From positions 136,154,001 through 136,218,000 of the forward strand of contig NC_086097.1 in NCBI RefSeq assembly GCF_963921235.1: a stretch of 64,000 nucleotides of DNA, written 5' to 3'. The position numbers were made by a program, and so were the translations under genes. Below, piece by piece: positions 13,086-25,300 of the stretch; positions within the stretch are counted from its first letter, which is position 1, and every line of letters starts with the position of its first letter. Source of the DNA: Mobula hypostoma. Taxonomy: Eukaryota. The notes under the pieces were generated by a model. The model saw only the letters and a program-made list of their open reading frames with translations, was not told the DNA's origin and ran no database searches.

Positions 13086-13269
13086 GTAAGGCTATTGACC
13101 TTGGAAATGGTTCTGATCAACTTGTGTGACTGTGAAAGAACTCAATGTGAAATGTAGCAGACATTCTTTGCCCATTGCTCCAGTAAACCCTCCCATATTT
13201 GTTAGGTGAATGTTATAATGTAGAGCTTTATACAAGGGTACTATAACACACCATTTTACTACAATAGCA

Positions 13270-13770
13270 AACACAAGAGATTCTGCAGATGCTGGAAATC
13301 CAGAACAACACACATTAGATGCTGGAGGAACTCGGCATGTCAGGCACCGTCTTTGGAGAGGAATAGCCAAGTCAGTAATCTGCAGCAAGACCCTTCATCG
13401 GGACTAGAAAGGAAGGGAGAAGAAGCCTGCATAAGAAGGTGGGGGGAGGGGAAAAGGAGTACAAGCTGCAAGGGGATAGGTGAATCCAGGTGGGTGGGGG
13501 AGGGAGGATGAAATGGAGGGCTGGGAGATGATAGGTGGAAGAGGTGAAGGGCAGGAGAAGAAGAAATCTGATAGGAGAGGAGAGTGAATCATGGGAGAAA
13601 TGGGAGGAGGGGCGCCAGCCGGGGGTGATGGGCAGGTGAGGAGAAGAGGAGGGGTAAGAGGGGAGTCGGAATGGTGAATGGAAAAAGATAAGGGGGAGGA
13701 GGGAGAAATTAGCTGAGGAAATAAGAGAAATCAAAGTTCATGCTGTCAGGTTGGAGGCTACCCAGAAGTA
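13270..13770 (-). mobile_element. Penelope-like element 3' fragment
   Basis: Minus strand ends the GIY-YIG region (gggtagcctccaacctgacagcatgaac), then a pyrimidine-rich UTR, a decayed cgatgaagggtcttg motif and the family terminus. Confidence 0.7.
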
Positions 13771-13814
13771 TGAGACACTAATAGGACTAGTGTATTGTTA
13801 TGCAGTATCCTGCA

Positions 13815-14115
13815 TAGTCATAGAGTAATTCATACAGTGAGGGGACAGGTCCTTCAGCCGATTGTATCCATACCAACCATCAACCACCCATTTACACTAT
13901 TCCCATTCTGTACAAACTCCCATCAAATCCCCACACTCTTAACATGACGTCAGACAATTAACCTACCAACCCTCGTCTTTGGGATGTAGGGGGAAACTAG
14001 AGCATCTGGGGAATCCCAAGTGGTCATGGAGAACGTGCCGACAGGACCAGTGGTCGGGATTGAACCTGGCTCGCTGGTGCTGGGACGTTGTGGCTCCACC
14101 AGCTGTGCCACTCTG
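13815..14115 (-). mobile_element. tRNA-derived SINE (related pieces near 10010-10180, 22785-23070, 27225-27430, 46000-46130, 56095-56200)
   Basis: Minus-strand A box TGGCACAGCTGG (14099-14110) and B box GGTTCAATCCC (14056-14066), a central ...GGATTCCCCAGATGCTCTAGTTTCC...CATCCCAAAGAC domain, and a CR1-like tail. Confidence 0.6.
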
Positions 14116-17100
14116 CATTCAAGGAAATTCTGCTGATGAGAAAAAAGATTATAATCTCCAACTGAGAGCAGGTGATTTTGAAGGAACTGGAGATATTTTA
14201 ATTTAGTTTGAACATATTTTAAGAGAAGAGGACAGCATTTATGTTTCATCCCTCCTCCTTGACTTCCAGGAAACCATCTCAGAAAAGTAATCTGCCAAGC
14301 CCCTGAGATGGGTTTGGTTTCCCACAAGAAGCTGTGCTGGTAGCCAGCACTGGCCAGAGGAGTCTCACGCTTGCTAATACTTAGCACTGATTGGAAGGAT
14401 GGAGTTTAGCCTATTTGCAGAGTGATGATTAACCTGGCGTTACAGAGTAGTTACAAGATCCTCTCAGCCAGTGGTTCAAATAGTGCAGCATTGAAATGAA
14501 TGAATGAGTCTAGACATCATGTCACAGGGAGGGTCAAAACAAAGCCTTGAGCTTTCTGCCACCTTCTCTCCATCCTGCACTTGTTCACCAGGAGATGCTG
14601 GAGGAGAACAGGAGGGTAAAGCAAAGCTGGTCTTCAGCCCCTGTAGTCTGTGGGACTGCAGCAGCAGAGCCCCGTAAACTCAGTGGAAGTATAGTCACTA
14701 TGGCACCGTCACCATAAATGAATTTAGCTGAAAGAATTTTGTTTTGATGTAATAGCTTCTTAGGTCATAAGATATTGGAGCAGGATTAGGCTGTTTGGCT
14801 CATTGAGTTTCCTCCCCCCATTCAACCAAGGCTTTTCAACCCCATTCTCCTGCCTTCTTCCTGTCACCCTGAACTCCCTTACCAATCAAGAACCTACAGT
14901 CTCTACTTAAAGTACATTCAATGGTTTGGCCTCCACAGCCCTCTGTGGCAATAAAATCTTCAGATTAATTATCCTCCAGCTGAAGAAAATCCTCTTTATC
15001 TCAGGTCTAAAGGGATGTCCCTTTATTCTGAGACTGTGCTGTCAGATCCTAGACTCTCCAACCAATGGAAAGAACATCTTCATGTCCACTCTCTCCTGGC
15101 CTTTCAGTATCTGGTAGGTTTCAATGAGATACTCCCTCACCCTTTAGACCTCTTGAGTGCAGGTCCACAGCCATCAAGCATTCCTCATTATCAGGAAGAA
15201 TTCCAATATTGTTAAGTATTATGGTGCATTTACAGGTTACTTAAGTCAATTGCTCCATGCTGCTTCATGCAAGTCTCCCCTCTCACCCCTCCCCATCTCA
15301 CAACTGTAGATACTGAAAATGGACCCTATTATTAAGGAGGCTGTGCTGGCCCTGGAGGTTCAAATGAATAATCCCAAGAATGAAATGTGTAACGTATGAG
15401 GAGCATTTAATGTTTCTTGGTCTGTACCCTAGGACGTCCCTTTAGAACTGAGGAGGAATTTCTTCAGCTGGTGAGTGATGAATTTGTGGAGGCCAAGTCA
15501 TTGTGTGTATGTAAGACAGGGGATGATAGGTCATTGACTGGTAAGGGGTTAAGGGTTACCAGGAGAAAGTGGGAGAATTGGGTTAAAATAGCGTTATCCA
15601 TGATGGAGTAGGCCCAGTGGGCCAAATATCCTAATTCTTCTATATCTTATGAAAGCACAAAATAACAACAAAAAATGCTGGAAACACTTCAGCAGGTCAG
15701 TCATCTGTCAAGAGAAAAAGCAAGTTAATGTTTTAGGTCGAAGATCCTTCTTTGGAACTGAAAAGGAAAACGTTGGTTTTGTTACCGGGAGGGTGGGGAA
15801 GGGATGGGGAGGACAAAGGAAATACCTCTGGTAGGCGAGACCCAGGGAGCCATGGGAATAAAGTGTTGATGAAGTTATCTGGTTGATAGGTTAATGAGTG
15901 TAACCACAGAGATAGGAAAGCAAGGAGCATGTAACAACTGTGAGGTGCTGTTCAGAGTCATAGCAGATCAGCCAGTGTGTGTGGAAAGATGGATGAATTG
16001 GCCACCACTGAGGCAATCAGACAAATCAAGTTACCTGAAACTGTTGCATTCAATCTCCTTTAAGTTATGCAGGCTCCCGTGTGCCCACTCAGAAGGTGAG
16101 GTGTTCTTCCTCAAGCTTATCAGAATCAGGTTAAATATCACCGGCATATGTTGTGAAATTTGTTAACTTCATCGCATTTGCTGGTGATATTAAACCTGAT
16201 TCTGATCGACACCTCACCTTCTGAGTGGGCCTCCGTGTAACAGTGCAGGGGGTCACAGAGAGGTGGGAGTGGGGGATAGGATTAAAGTGGCAGACAACAA
16301 GAAACTCAAGGTTGCCCTGCGGACAAAATGCAGCCATATGTGTAACCTTGGTTGGGCCGCAGTTCTAGTCATCTCATTTCAGGAAGGATGTGGAGGCCTT
16401 GGAAAGGGTGTAGAAGAGGGCAATGTCTTAATGAGGGTGTGGGAGCAGAGGGACCCACTGCAAGAGGCAGGGTGAATTGAGGAGATGTTAACAAAATATA
16501 ACCTTGGGCTAGATTAATGGCACAGAGTTTCAATGCTGGGGCGACCTGCTGAATCTTCACAAAACATTAGTCTGACCACAGCTGAAGTGCTCAGTTCTGG
16601 CCAGCTTTTCACTGGAAGGATGTGAAGGCATTAGAGAAGGCCCTGAAAACATCTATAGTCTGGCAAGCAGAAACTACAGTTATTCGAAAGGATCAGAGAA
16701 GCTGGAACTGTTCTCATCGTAGGCACATAGCATCATATAAGCGGCATTCACAGGAGAAGCATAAATTAAACACAATTTTAATAAGAAAACAGAATTAGAA
16801 CAAAGAACAGACTTTTGTAGTGCAAAGTGGTCAAATTTGTCATGGTGTTGCTATACTGAGGTAGTGATTAGGATTGTGTGGGTTGGTCAAAAAACTGATT
16901 GGTTGAAGGGAAGCAGCTGTTCTTGAACCTGGTAGTGTGAGACTTCAGGCTGCTTTACCCCTTATCTGCTGAAGCTGTGAGAAGGTGGTATGGCCCAGAT
17001 GGTAGAAATCATTGATGATGGATGTTGCTGTCTTGAGGCAGTGCCTGGTGTAGATACCACCGATGGTGGGGAGAGATTTGCCCGTGAAGTATTGGGCTGA

Positions 17101-18635
17101 GCCCACTACTGTCTGTAGCTTCTTGGGTTCCTCAACATTCGAACTGCCGTACCAGACCAGGATGCGGCCTGTTAGGATACTCTCAGTGGTACATTTCTAA
17201 AAATAGCTGTAGAGTAGAAAGATGCAGGAGTAGGCCATTCAGCCCATTAATCTTCTCTCTCATTCATTAAGATCATGTCTGACCCATCAGTACCCCGCCT
17301 ATTGCCTAGAGGCCTTGACTCCCTTGCAGACCACAAATCCGCCCGAATTCAGTAATGGCACAGGGAGCAAAACCTCCTCTAGTCAGTGGATCACCCCTTG
17401 CTCCCCTTTATCCCACTTCCCACACAAGGGAAAAAAATCCTCCCTGCCTCCTTCAAGAATCTTTTATATTTCAATAATGTCACCCACTAAATGGTGGTGC
17501 CATAGCACAGTGATTTACAGTACAGGCGACCCGCATTCATTACCTGCCGCTATCCGTAAGGAGTTTGTATGTGATGGCGCGTTTTTCCTCTGGGTGCTCC
17601 AGTATCCTCCCATAGCCCAAGGTAGGTTAATTGTCATTATAAACCATCTCGTGATTAGGCTGGGCTTAAATCTGGGGGATTGCTGGGTGACGTGGCTCAA
17701 AGGAGCCATTCTGTGCTATATCTCATTAAAAAAATAAAAATAGTAAATAGATTATTAAATAATTCTTCTGGACCCACTAACGCATGTTAAATCTAAAATG
17801 TGTGAGTCCTGGATGTTCTCACTTGTCAAAGAGAGCTTTGTATTGTTACCTGTAAGATTTATCTAGTGTCCAGGCAGCTTCAGACTAAACGCAGGAGGTC
17901 AAATCCTTCATGAAGTGCACTGATCCATAAGAAATAGATGTTGGGTTCTCCAAACATTGCCTTGATATATACGTAGTCAAGATCTCATTGCTCAGCTTGA
18001 GTCAAAGCAAAGGCTGTCTGATCATAAATAGACTAATACAAATCTAGTTGATCTACACAATGGAGACAAGTGTGGGAGACAGGGCCTTTGATGTAGCAAT
18101 TTGATTCTTCCTCAGTAAATGTGTTCCAGATTGATCCTTTCAGCAACTAATGGGAGAAGGAAAATATATCTATCTGCAGTGAGGGTGAAAGAAATTTGTG
18201 GTAAATGGCTTTCAGATTGTAATAAATCTGTGAAGCTGTTTGCAGTTTGCAGGAGGAACAATAGAGAGCCTACATTAGTGACCCTTCGGTTGACGAATTC
18301 AACTGCTTTATTCAGCAGCTCCCCACCAAGCAGAGACCCAATGTGTCAGGATATGCTATAGAGTAGGAACGTTCCAGGCCGTGGTTCCCCGGGCAGGCAG
18401 CAGCAGCGAGGACTCAGAGGCATGGGTGATCATCACTGGGTTGTGATTTTTGCCAAAAATGTGAATTTCACAATGCCGGGCATTAACCACACTGAGCAGA
18501 TTATCTAATCTTTAACCCTGGAATTTAGAGCACCAGCTCTCCCACCCCAGGGTCTAAATAAGTCTCTTCCTACCCACACTTCCAGTGTCTGTCTCCTTCC
18601 TCTTTCCACTCGCAGTCTCCTTCCCCTCTTCATTC

Positions 18636-21233
18636 TTTTTTTTAAATTTTTTATTTTTATTTGGATGAGGAATTCACAAGTATCATGTACTTTTTTCACA
18701 TGTATAACCTTTTCCTTTTTTTATATGTATAAAACTATAATCATTTATACATTCTTAAGTACACATTGAGATGATATAAAAAGAAATTAGACACTTAAAT
18801 AGATAATTATGTACAGTTGAAATTCTAATCTGGTATTAGTTGTTCAGAAAAATAGTAATAATAGTGGATTATTAGTAGTTTCCATATATCTCTTCTGGAC
18901 CATTTCTTCTGGTCCAAAATGTTGTATGTAAGCCTATGTAAGAACCATTGTAGGTGTTTATATCCTAACTTGTTCATGCTTGCTCCTGCCCCAAAACATA
19001 ATTATCCAACCCCTATGTACTTATTTACTTAATTTTATCATTTTTTTTATCCCTTTCCCAAATCTTTTCCTTTACTTGTATTAATTCTCTATTTTCCAAA
19101 AAAAAACAAAAACAGTAAACATTTAGACCAGGGGTTAGCAATATTACTGTGTTGATGAGAAGAGCAGTATAAATCATTAGGGGAGTCATCTAAAGTCTGC
19201 TCGCATTGGGGTTATATATTCAATCCATTTATTCCAGATTTGATAATTTTTTTCTTCTTAAATTCTCAGGGAGTAAGTCAACTTTTCCATTTTAAATATT
19301 TCCAAGATGATTTTGTGCCAATTTTCTAATGTAGGTGGCATTGGATTTAGCCACTTTCTAGTGATTGATTTCTCACTTGCCGCTAAAAGGGCCTGCAGCA
19401 ACTTTCTATCTTCCTTCTGTTCAAGAAATAATACATGCCCCAAATAGAGTGTCTCAAAGTTCAGAGGTATCTGGGTCATAAGTACCTTAACTCATGTTCT
19501 ATGAATACCTTTCCAATATAAACTTAATTTAGGGCAATCCCAGAAAATATGGAAATGATTTGCCTCCTTGGAGCCGCACCTTCTCCAACATGTCACGTTT
19601 GTGTCTTTATATTTTTCCTGATATGGGGTCTTGAAGTATCTTATAATATTTTTCCAACAATGTTCTCTCCAAGTCAAAGAATTAGTCGAAGACCACTGAA
19701 AGCTGCATATCTTCCCCCAAGCCTCCTCTGAAAGTACCAACCCCGCTTCTTTCTCCCACTTCTCTTTAATATACAATGTGTTTACATTTTTAGCATGGGG
19801 GAGTGCATTATATAATCGAGAAACTGATTTACTAGGTATTGAACTGCAAGCCGAATTCAGAATCTTGAAAAATTCTAATTCTACTGTTGATAGGTCTGTA
19901 TATCTACAACTCTGGTTAACATGGTTTCGTACTTGAAGGTACCTAAAAAAGTCATTATGTTCTAGGCCATGTTTGTCCTGCAGGATTTGGAAACTTTGTA
20001 ATACTCTTTTATGTATAAATGAGAGGTAGGTTGTAAGACCTTTCTTTATCCATAGTTCAAATCTTTTATCTCCTCTGTTGGGATGAATTTGGTATCATAT
20101 GCACACCATCTGAAGAGTTTTAACATATTCCACATGAATTAACCACCTTCTGCCATACTTTTAATGCAAGATTTATCCAACTGTTTTTAAACTTTTCCAA
20201 TTGGGCCATCAATCCTTTGTCAGCTATTGAGGCCTGTAGAGGAAAACTGTCAACCAATCCAAATTCTATTTCCTTCCATCCAGCCTTATATTCCCTATTA
20301 CACCAATATAACAGAGGGGTTATCTGTGAAGCATAAAAAAAATTTCTCAAGCAAGGAAGCACCATACCTCCTCCTTCCTTCCCTAACTGTAAGGTGTTAT
20401 ATCGAATTCTAGGTTTCTTTCCTTGCCAAATGAAGCGGGAAATCCATTTGTCCCATTCCCTGAGTTGATTATCATCCACCTGCACAGGTAAAGTACGGAA
20501 AAGATACAGTAACCGAGGAAGAATAATCATTTTTATAGTATTTATCCTTGAATTTAAACTTAAAAAGGGGATAAGATTCCATCTATGCATATCTGCTTTT
20601 ATCTCTGAGATTAATGGCCCATAATTTACCTGTGACAGCATTGAAAGATCCTTCGGCAGGGTTATTCCTAAATATTTTAATGATTTAGCTTCCCACTTAA
20701 GATCATATGTATCCTGCAATTTTTTGCATGGTGTATAATTTAGGGACATAACCTGCGCTTTCTTTACATTTATTTTATAACCCGATATTTTCCCAAAGTC
20801 ATCCAACAGTGTAAACAATCCTATAAATGATTTTTCTGGTTCACTCAGATAGACTAAAACATCATCTGCGAATAACGCCACTTTCTGTTCAATCCCTTCC
20901 ACCTTGACACCTTTTACGATTTCGCTCTGTCTTATTAGTTGGGCAAGCGGTTCAATATATAGCGCAGAAATGAGAGGAGAAATTGTGCATCCCTGTCTAG
21001 TACCTCTCTCTAAAATAAAGGAGTCAGAGAGGTCCCCATTTATCTTAATTCGAGCTGTAGGGCTGTCATATAGAGTCTGAATTACTTTAAAAAACTTTTC
21101 TTGAAAGCCGAATCTTCCTAACACTCTGTATAGGAATGCCCAACTAACCGAAACAAAAGCTTTCTCAGTGTCTAATCCTACTACCATTGTCTCTGTCTCA
21201 TTCTTATTAACCTGTTCTAATATGTGTAGAGTT
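18636..21233 (-). mobile_element. 5'-truncated L1-clade LINE (ORF2 RT and C-terminal CCHC), antisense in HAS2 intron
   Basis: ORF 20120-21247 has LDTEKAF, RGTRQGC.ISP and LFADD. ORF 19492-19776 has CWRRCG...HIFWDC. A-rich tail at 18636-18660. Perfect 16-bp TSD CTTCCCCTCTTCATTC at 18620-18635 and 21234-21249. Confidence 0.93.
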
Positions 21234-21293
21234 CTTCCCCTCTTCATTCATGGTCTCCTTCCCTTTTCCCTCCCCATTTCCCACCTCTGTCAC

Positions 21294-22241
21294 CATATAA
21301 CCATATAACAATTACAGCACGGAAACAGGCCATCTCGGCCCTTCTAGTCCATGCCGAACTCTCACCCTATCCTATTCTCACCGACCTGCACTCAGCCCAT
21401 AACCCTCCATTCCTTTCCTGTCCATATATCTATCCAATTTAACTTTAAACGACAACATAGAACCTGCTTCAACCACTTCTGCTGGAAGCTCATTCCGCAC
21501 AGCTACCACTCTGAGTAGAGAAGTTCCCCCTCATGTTACCCCTAAACTTTTGTCTTCTAATTCCCAACCTATGTCCTCTTGTTTGAATCTTCCCCACTCT
21601 CAATGGAAAAAGTCTAACCACGTCAACTCTATCAATCCCCCTCATAATTTTAAACACCTCTATCAAGTCCCCCTTCAACCTTCTACACTCCAAAGAATAA
21701 AGACCTATCTTGTTCAACCTTTCTCTGTAACTTAGGAGATGAAACCCAGGCAACATTTTAGTAAACCTCCTCTGTACTCTCTCAATTTTATTGACATCCT
21801 TCCTATAATTTGGTGACCAGAACTGTACACAATACTCCAAATTTGGCCTTACCAATGCCTTATAGAAATTCAACATTACATCCCAACTCCTATACTCAAT
21901 GCTCTGATTAATAAAGGCCAGCAAACCAAAAGCTTTCTTCACCACCCTATCCACATGAGATTCCACCTTCAGGGAACTATGCACCATTATTCCTAGATCC
22001 CTCTGTTCTAAAGCATTCTTTAATGCCCTACCATTTACCATGTATGTCCTTTTTGATTAGTTCTACCAAAATGTAGCACGTCACATTTTTCAGCATTAAA
22101 CTCCATCTGCCATCTTTCAGCCCACTCTTCAAGCTGTCCTAAATTTCTTTGCAAGTTTTGAAAACCTACCTCATCATCCACAACACCACCTATCTTAGTA
22201 TCATCTGCATACTTACTAATCCAATTTACCACCCCATCAAG
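21294..22241 (-). mobile_element. 5'-truncated CR1 LINE
   Basis: ORFs 22035-22232 (ISKYADDTKIGG) and 21490-22041 (LYKALVRPNLEYCVQFWSP-type motif). Short TTATATGG tail repeat. Candidate TSD GTCAC at 21289-21293 and 22242-22246. Confidence 0.9.
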
Positions 22242-22242
22242 G

Positions 22243-22540
22243 TCACTCTCCCCTCCTCCCAGTATCTCTCTCCTTCCTCACTCTGGGTCTCACTTCCCCT
22301 CCCCTCTCCCCCCTATTCCTAGTTTCTCCCCCTTTCCTCTCCTCAATCCTGAACTCTGTCCCCTCCTTCTCCCCAGACCCAGAATCTCGCCTTTCTGCTC
22401 CTAGTCCTGGTCTCCCCCTTCCCTCTTCCCTCTCCCAGTCTTTCTCCTTTTGTCTCCCCACTGCCTGTCTCTCTTCTCTCCCTCTTCCAATGTGTCTCCC
22501 TACAGCTCTCCCCACTCCCAAGTCTCTCTCTCCTTCCTCT
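22243..22540. repeat. C/T-rich low-complexity tract (continues 18580-18635 and 21234-21290)
   Basis: Directly visible polypyrimidine sequence. Confidence 0.8.
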
Positions 22541-23555
22541 TGGAGTCTTTTGTAGTAATTAGAAATATTAATACGACTAATTTGTCATATTTTGTATTGT
22601 CCTTAACTCAGGTGAAATCTTCTGAAGTTGATCCCACAGTTCTGGTGAGACAATGATTGACACCAGACAGGACAGCACTGTAGGACAATTTGTAAATAAA
22701 TGGAGAAATAAATGCTTTGTTGTTTAAATTATAAAATCATTTTTCATCAGGTCATCTTCCAATGCCTATTAAATCAAAGCCACAGAGTCATAGAGCAGAG
22801 AAACAGGTCCTTAAGCCCATAGAGTTCATAGCAGATTTCAATCAATTGCCAATCCTGCCCTAGTCTGTTTAATTCTCCCAACATTCCTTAAAATTCATCC
22901 AGGTTCCATCACTCACCTACACGTGCAAGGCAATTACTCTACCAGCCTGTGTGTATTTGTGATGTGGGAGGAAAATGAAGCTCCCGGGGAAAAGCCTTGT
23001 GATCATAGAGAGAACACCCAGACAACAGCTGGGAGTGAACCCAGGTGGCTGGTGCTGTGAGCCTCACAGGCAATGAGGGAATGTGAGAGAGTCTTGTGCA
23101 AGGTTGTAACTGTGGGGGAGGGGGCAGTGTCCGGTGAAGAACTCCCATAACTTCTCAGTCAAGTTTGAAAAATTAATGGGATCTAAATTAATGAAAGCCT
23201 TTGTCAAGCTAGTTGCTGCTAAGTAGTAATCAACTTTGCCCAACATTCTTTCCTTCAAGAAGCTGTAGTCCCTGTAATGGTCTTCCTATGGGGTAGGGCT
23301 AAGAACTGACCATCAGTAACAACCCTGACACTGGCAGCCAAAGTAGGCAGTCTTGACTATTCCACTGTCAGTGTTATATGGTTAAATTACCAGACTAATA
23401 ATACAGATGCAAACAACAGGAATTCTGCAGATGCTGGAAATTCAAGCAACATACATCAAAGTTGCTGGTGAATGCAGCAGGCCAAGCAGCATCTATAGGA
23501 AGAGGCGCAGTCGACGTTTCAGGCCGAGACCAGATGTTTCAATTAACATTCTAGC

Positions 23556-24180
23556 AACATAGAACATAGAACAATACAGCACAATACTGACCTTTTGACC
23601 CACAGTGTTGTGTGACCCTTTAATCTACTCCAAGATCAATCAAGCTCTTCTATCCTACATTGTCCTCCATTTTTCTTTCATCCATATGCCCATGTATCTC
23701 CCTTTACAGCCACCCCTGATAGCGCGTCCATGAACCTACCTCTCTCTTTCATCCCCCCAAAACTTTTCTCCCAACACCTCAACATTATTCCCCCTTGTGA
23801 TAGTCATTTCCACTCTGAAGAAAAAGTCTCTGGTTGCCCACTGGATCTATGCCTCTTATCATCTTGTATATCTCTATCAAGCCACCTCTCGTCCTCCTTC
23901 TCTCTAAACAGAAAGCCATTTCCTCATAAGATATGCACTCTAAGCCAGGCAGAATCCTGGCAAATCTCCTCTATACCCTCTCCAAAGCTGCCACATTCTC
24001 CCTATAATGAGGCAACTAGAACTGAACACAATACTCTCTAAGTGTGGTCTAACCAGAGTTTTACAGAGCTGCAGTGTCACTTCGCAGCTCTTGAACTCAA
24101 TCCTCCAACTAATGAAGGCCAAAACACCATACACCATACCGTATCAACTTGCGCTGCAAATTTGAGGGATGGATGCATGT
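23556..24180 (-). mobile_element. Older CR1 fragment
   Basis: ORF 23940-24137 YGVLAFI...LCKTLVRPHLE, with a catagaacatagaac tail. Confidence 0.75.
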
Positions 24181-25198
24181 GAACCCGCTGACAAACTTAA
24201 ATTCAGTTACTAATCCGGAACTTGGAATAATAATTAGTCGAAGTAGCCCTAGCGATTTACTGGGTTATCATAAAAGCTTACCTGGTTCACCTGTGATTTA
24301 CAGGGGAGGAAATCTGCCAACCTTTATGTGAATGACCCAGACCCACATCATGTGATGGACTTTACAACGCCTACTCACAGCTCCTGACATCACTCAGTTG
24401 TTGCTGCTACTTTGTCAAGGGCAATTGATGAACAAACAAATACTGTTGTGTGGTGGAGCAATAGCCAGAAACTAAAAAATGAATACATATTTACCCACTG
24501 TATAATGTCCTTGATGCTGGACCATTTCGTTCAGTGCTATCTTGAATGGCAGGTCGGAAGTAACACAAGGGGTTTCAGTTTGTCAGCTGTTAACACTGCC
24601 AACCAAATTCATTTCAACATATTGTAATATGCCTGTGGTCCAATGAAGGGGAAGGTCATCAAAATTCAATGAACAGAGCAAGGCCATACAAATTCCAAAT
24701 TAGAAATATGCTAATGACCAATGTGTGGTGTTGACTACATTGATGTTGCAGTTCCTGTTACGTTGCTTTAGAATTAGCTGCTTGACCACTTGGTGTACTA
24801 GCATCACCGGATGGAAGTCTCTTCCTCCATCACCAACCGGCCATCCCCAGTTCTTTACCAACATGTTATCTGTAATCTAATTATTGCCTCCAGGAGCACT
24901 GGAGAGGGACGGGAGGAAGCTGATGAGGGGAGGAGTAGTTGGACTGAATGACCTGTTTCTGTGATGTGAACTCTACCTTCATTTCTGCATTAAGTTCCCT
25001 ACACAGTAGCACATTGCATTTTGCATCCTGTTCCAAAACTTAACTTTATCAAAGTGAAAGGAATTGAGTTTCCGAAATGGGAACAAACTGGCAGGCACTG
25101 GACTTGCAGAAGTAGCCTGGGCCATCTTTGAATGTGATGCTGCGAAGGAGGTGGATAGGCGTGATAAAGGGTTAACAAGGTTTCCCTTCTCTCTGCAG

Positions 25199-25300
25199 GT
25201 GTGTGACTCAGATACCATGTTGGACCCTTCTGCAACGGTGGAGATGGTGAAGATCCTGGAGGCAGATCCAATGGTTGGTGGAGTTGGTGGAGATGTCCAG
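25199..25300 (+). CDS. HAS2: HAS2 second coding exon (aa 210-243), containing the DxD motif
   Basis: Acceptor tttcccttctctctgcag and donor CAG|gtacac. The 102 nt encode [34 protein letters not shown]. Confidence 0.97.

Noticed and set aside
13086..13157. C-terminal extension of ORF 12459-13157
   Set aside because: Read-through past the GT donor into the intron; homology resumes at 25199.
14050..14115. tRNA gene
   Set aside because: A and B boxes are present, but there is no cloverleaf and it continues into a SINE body.
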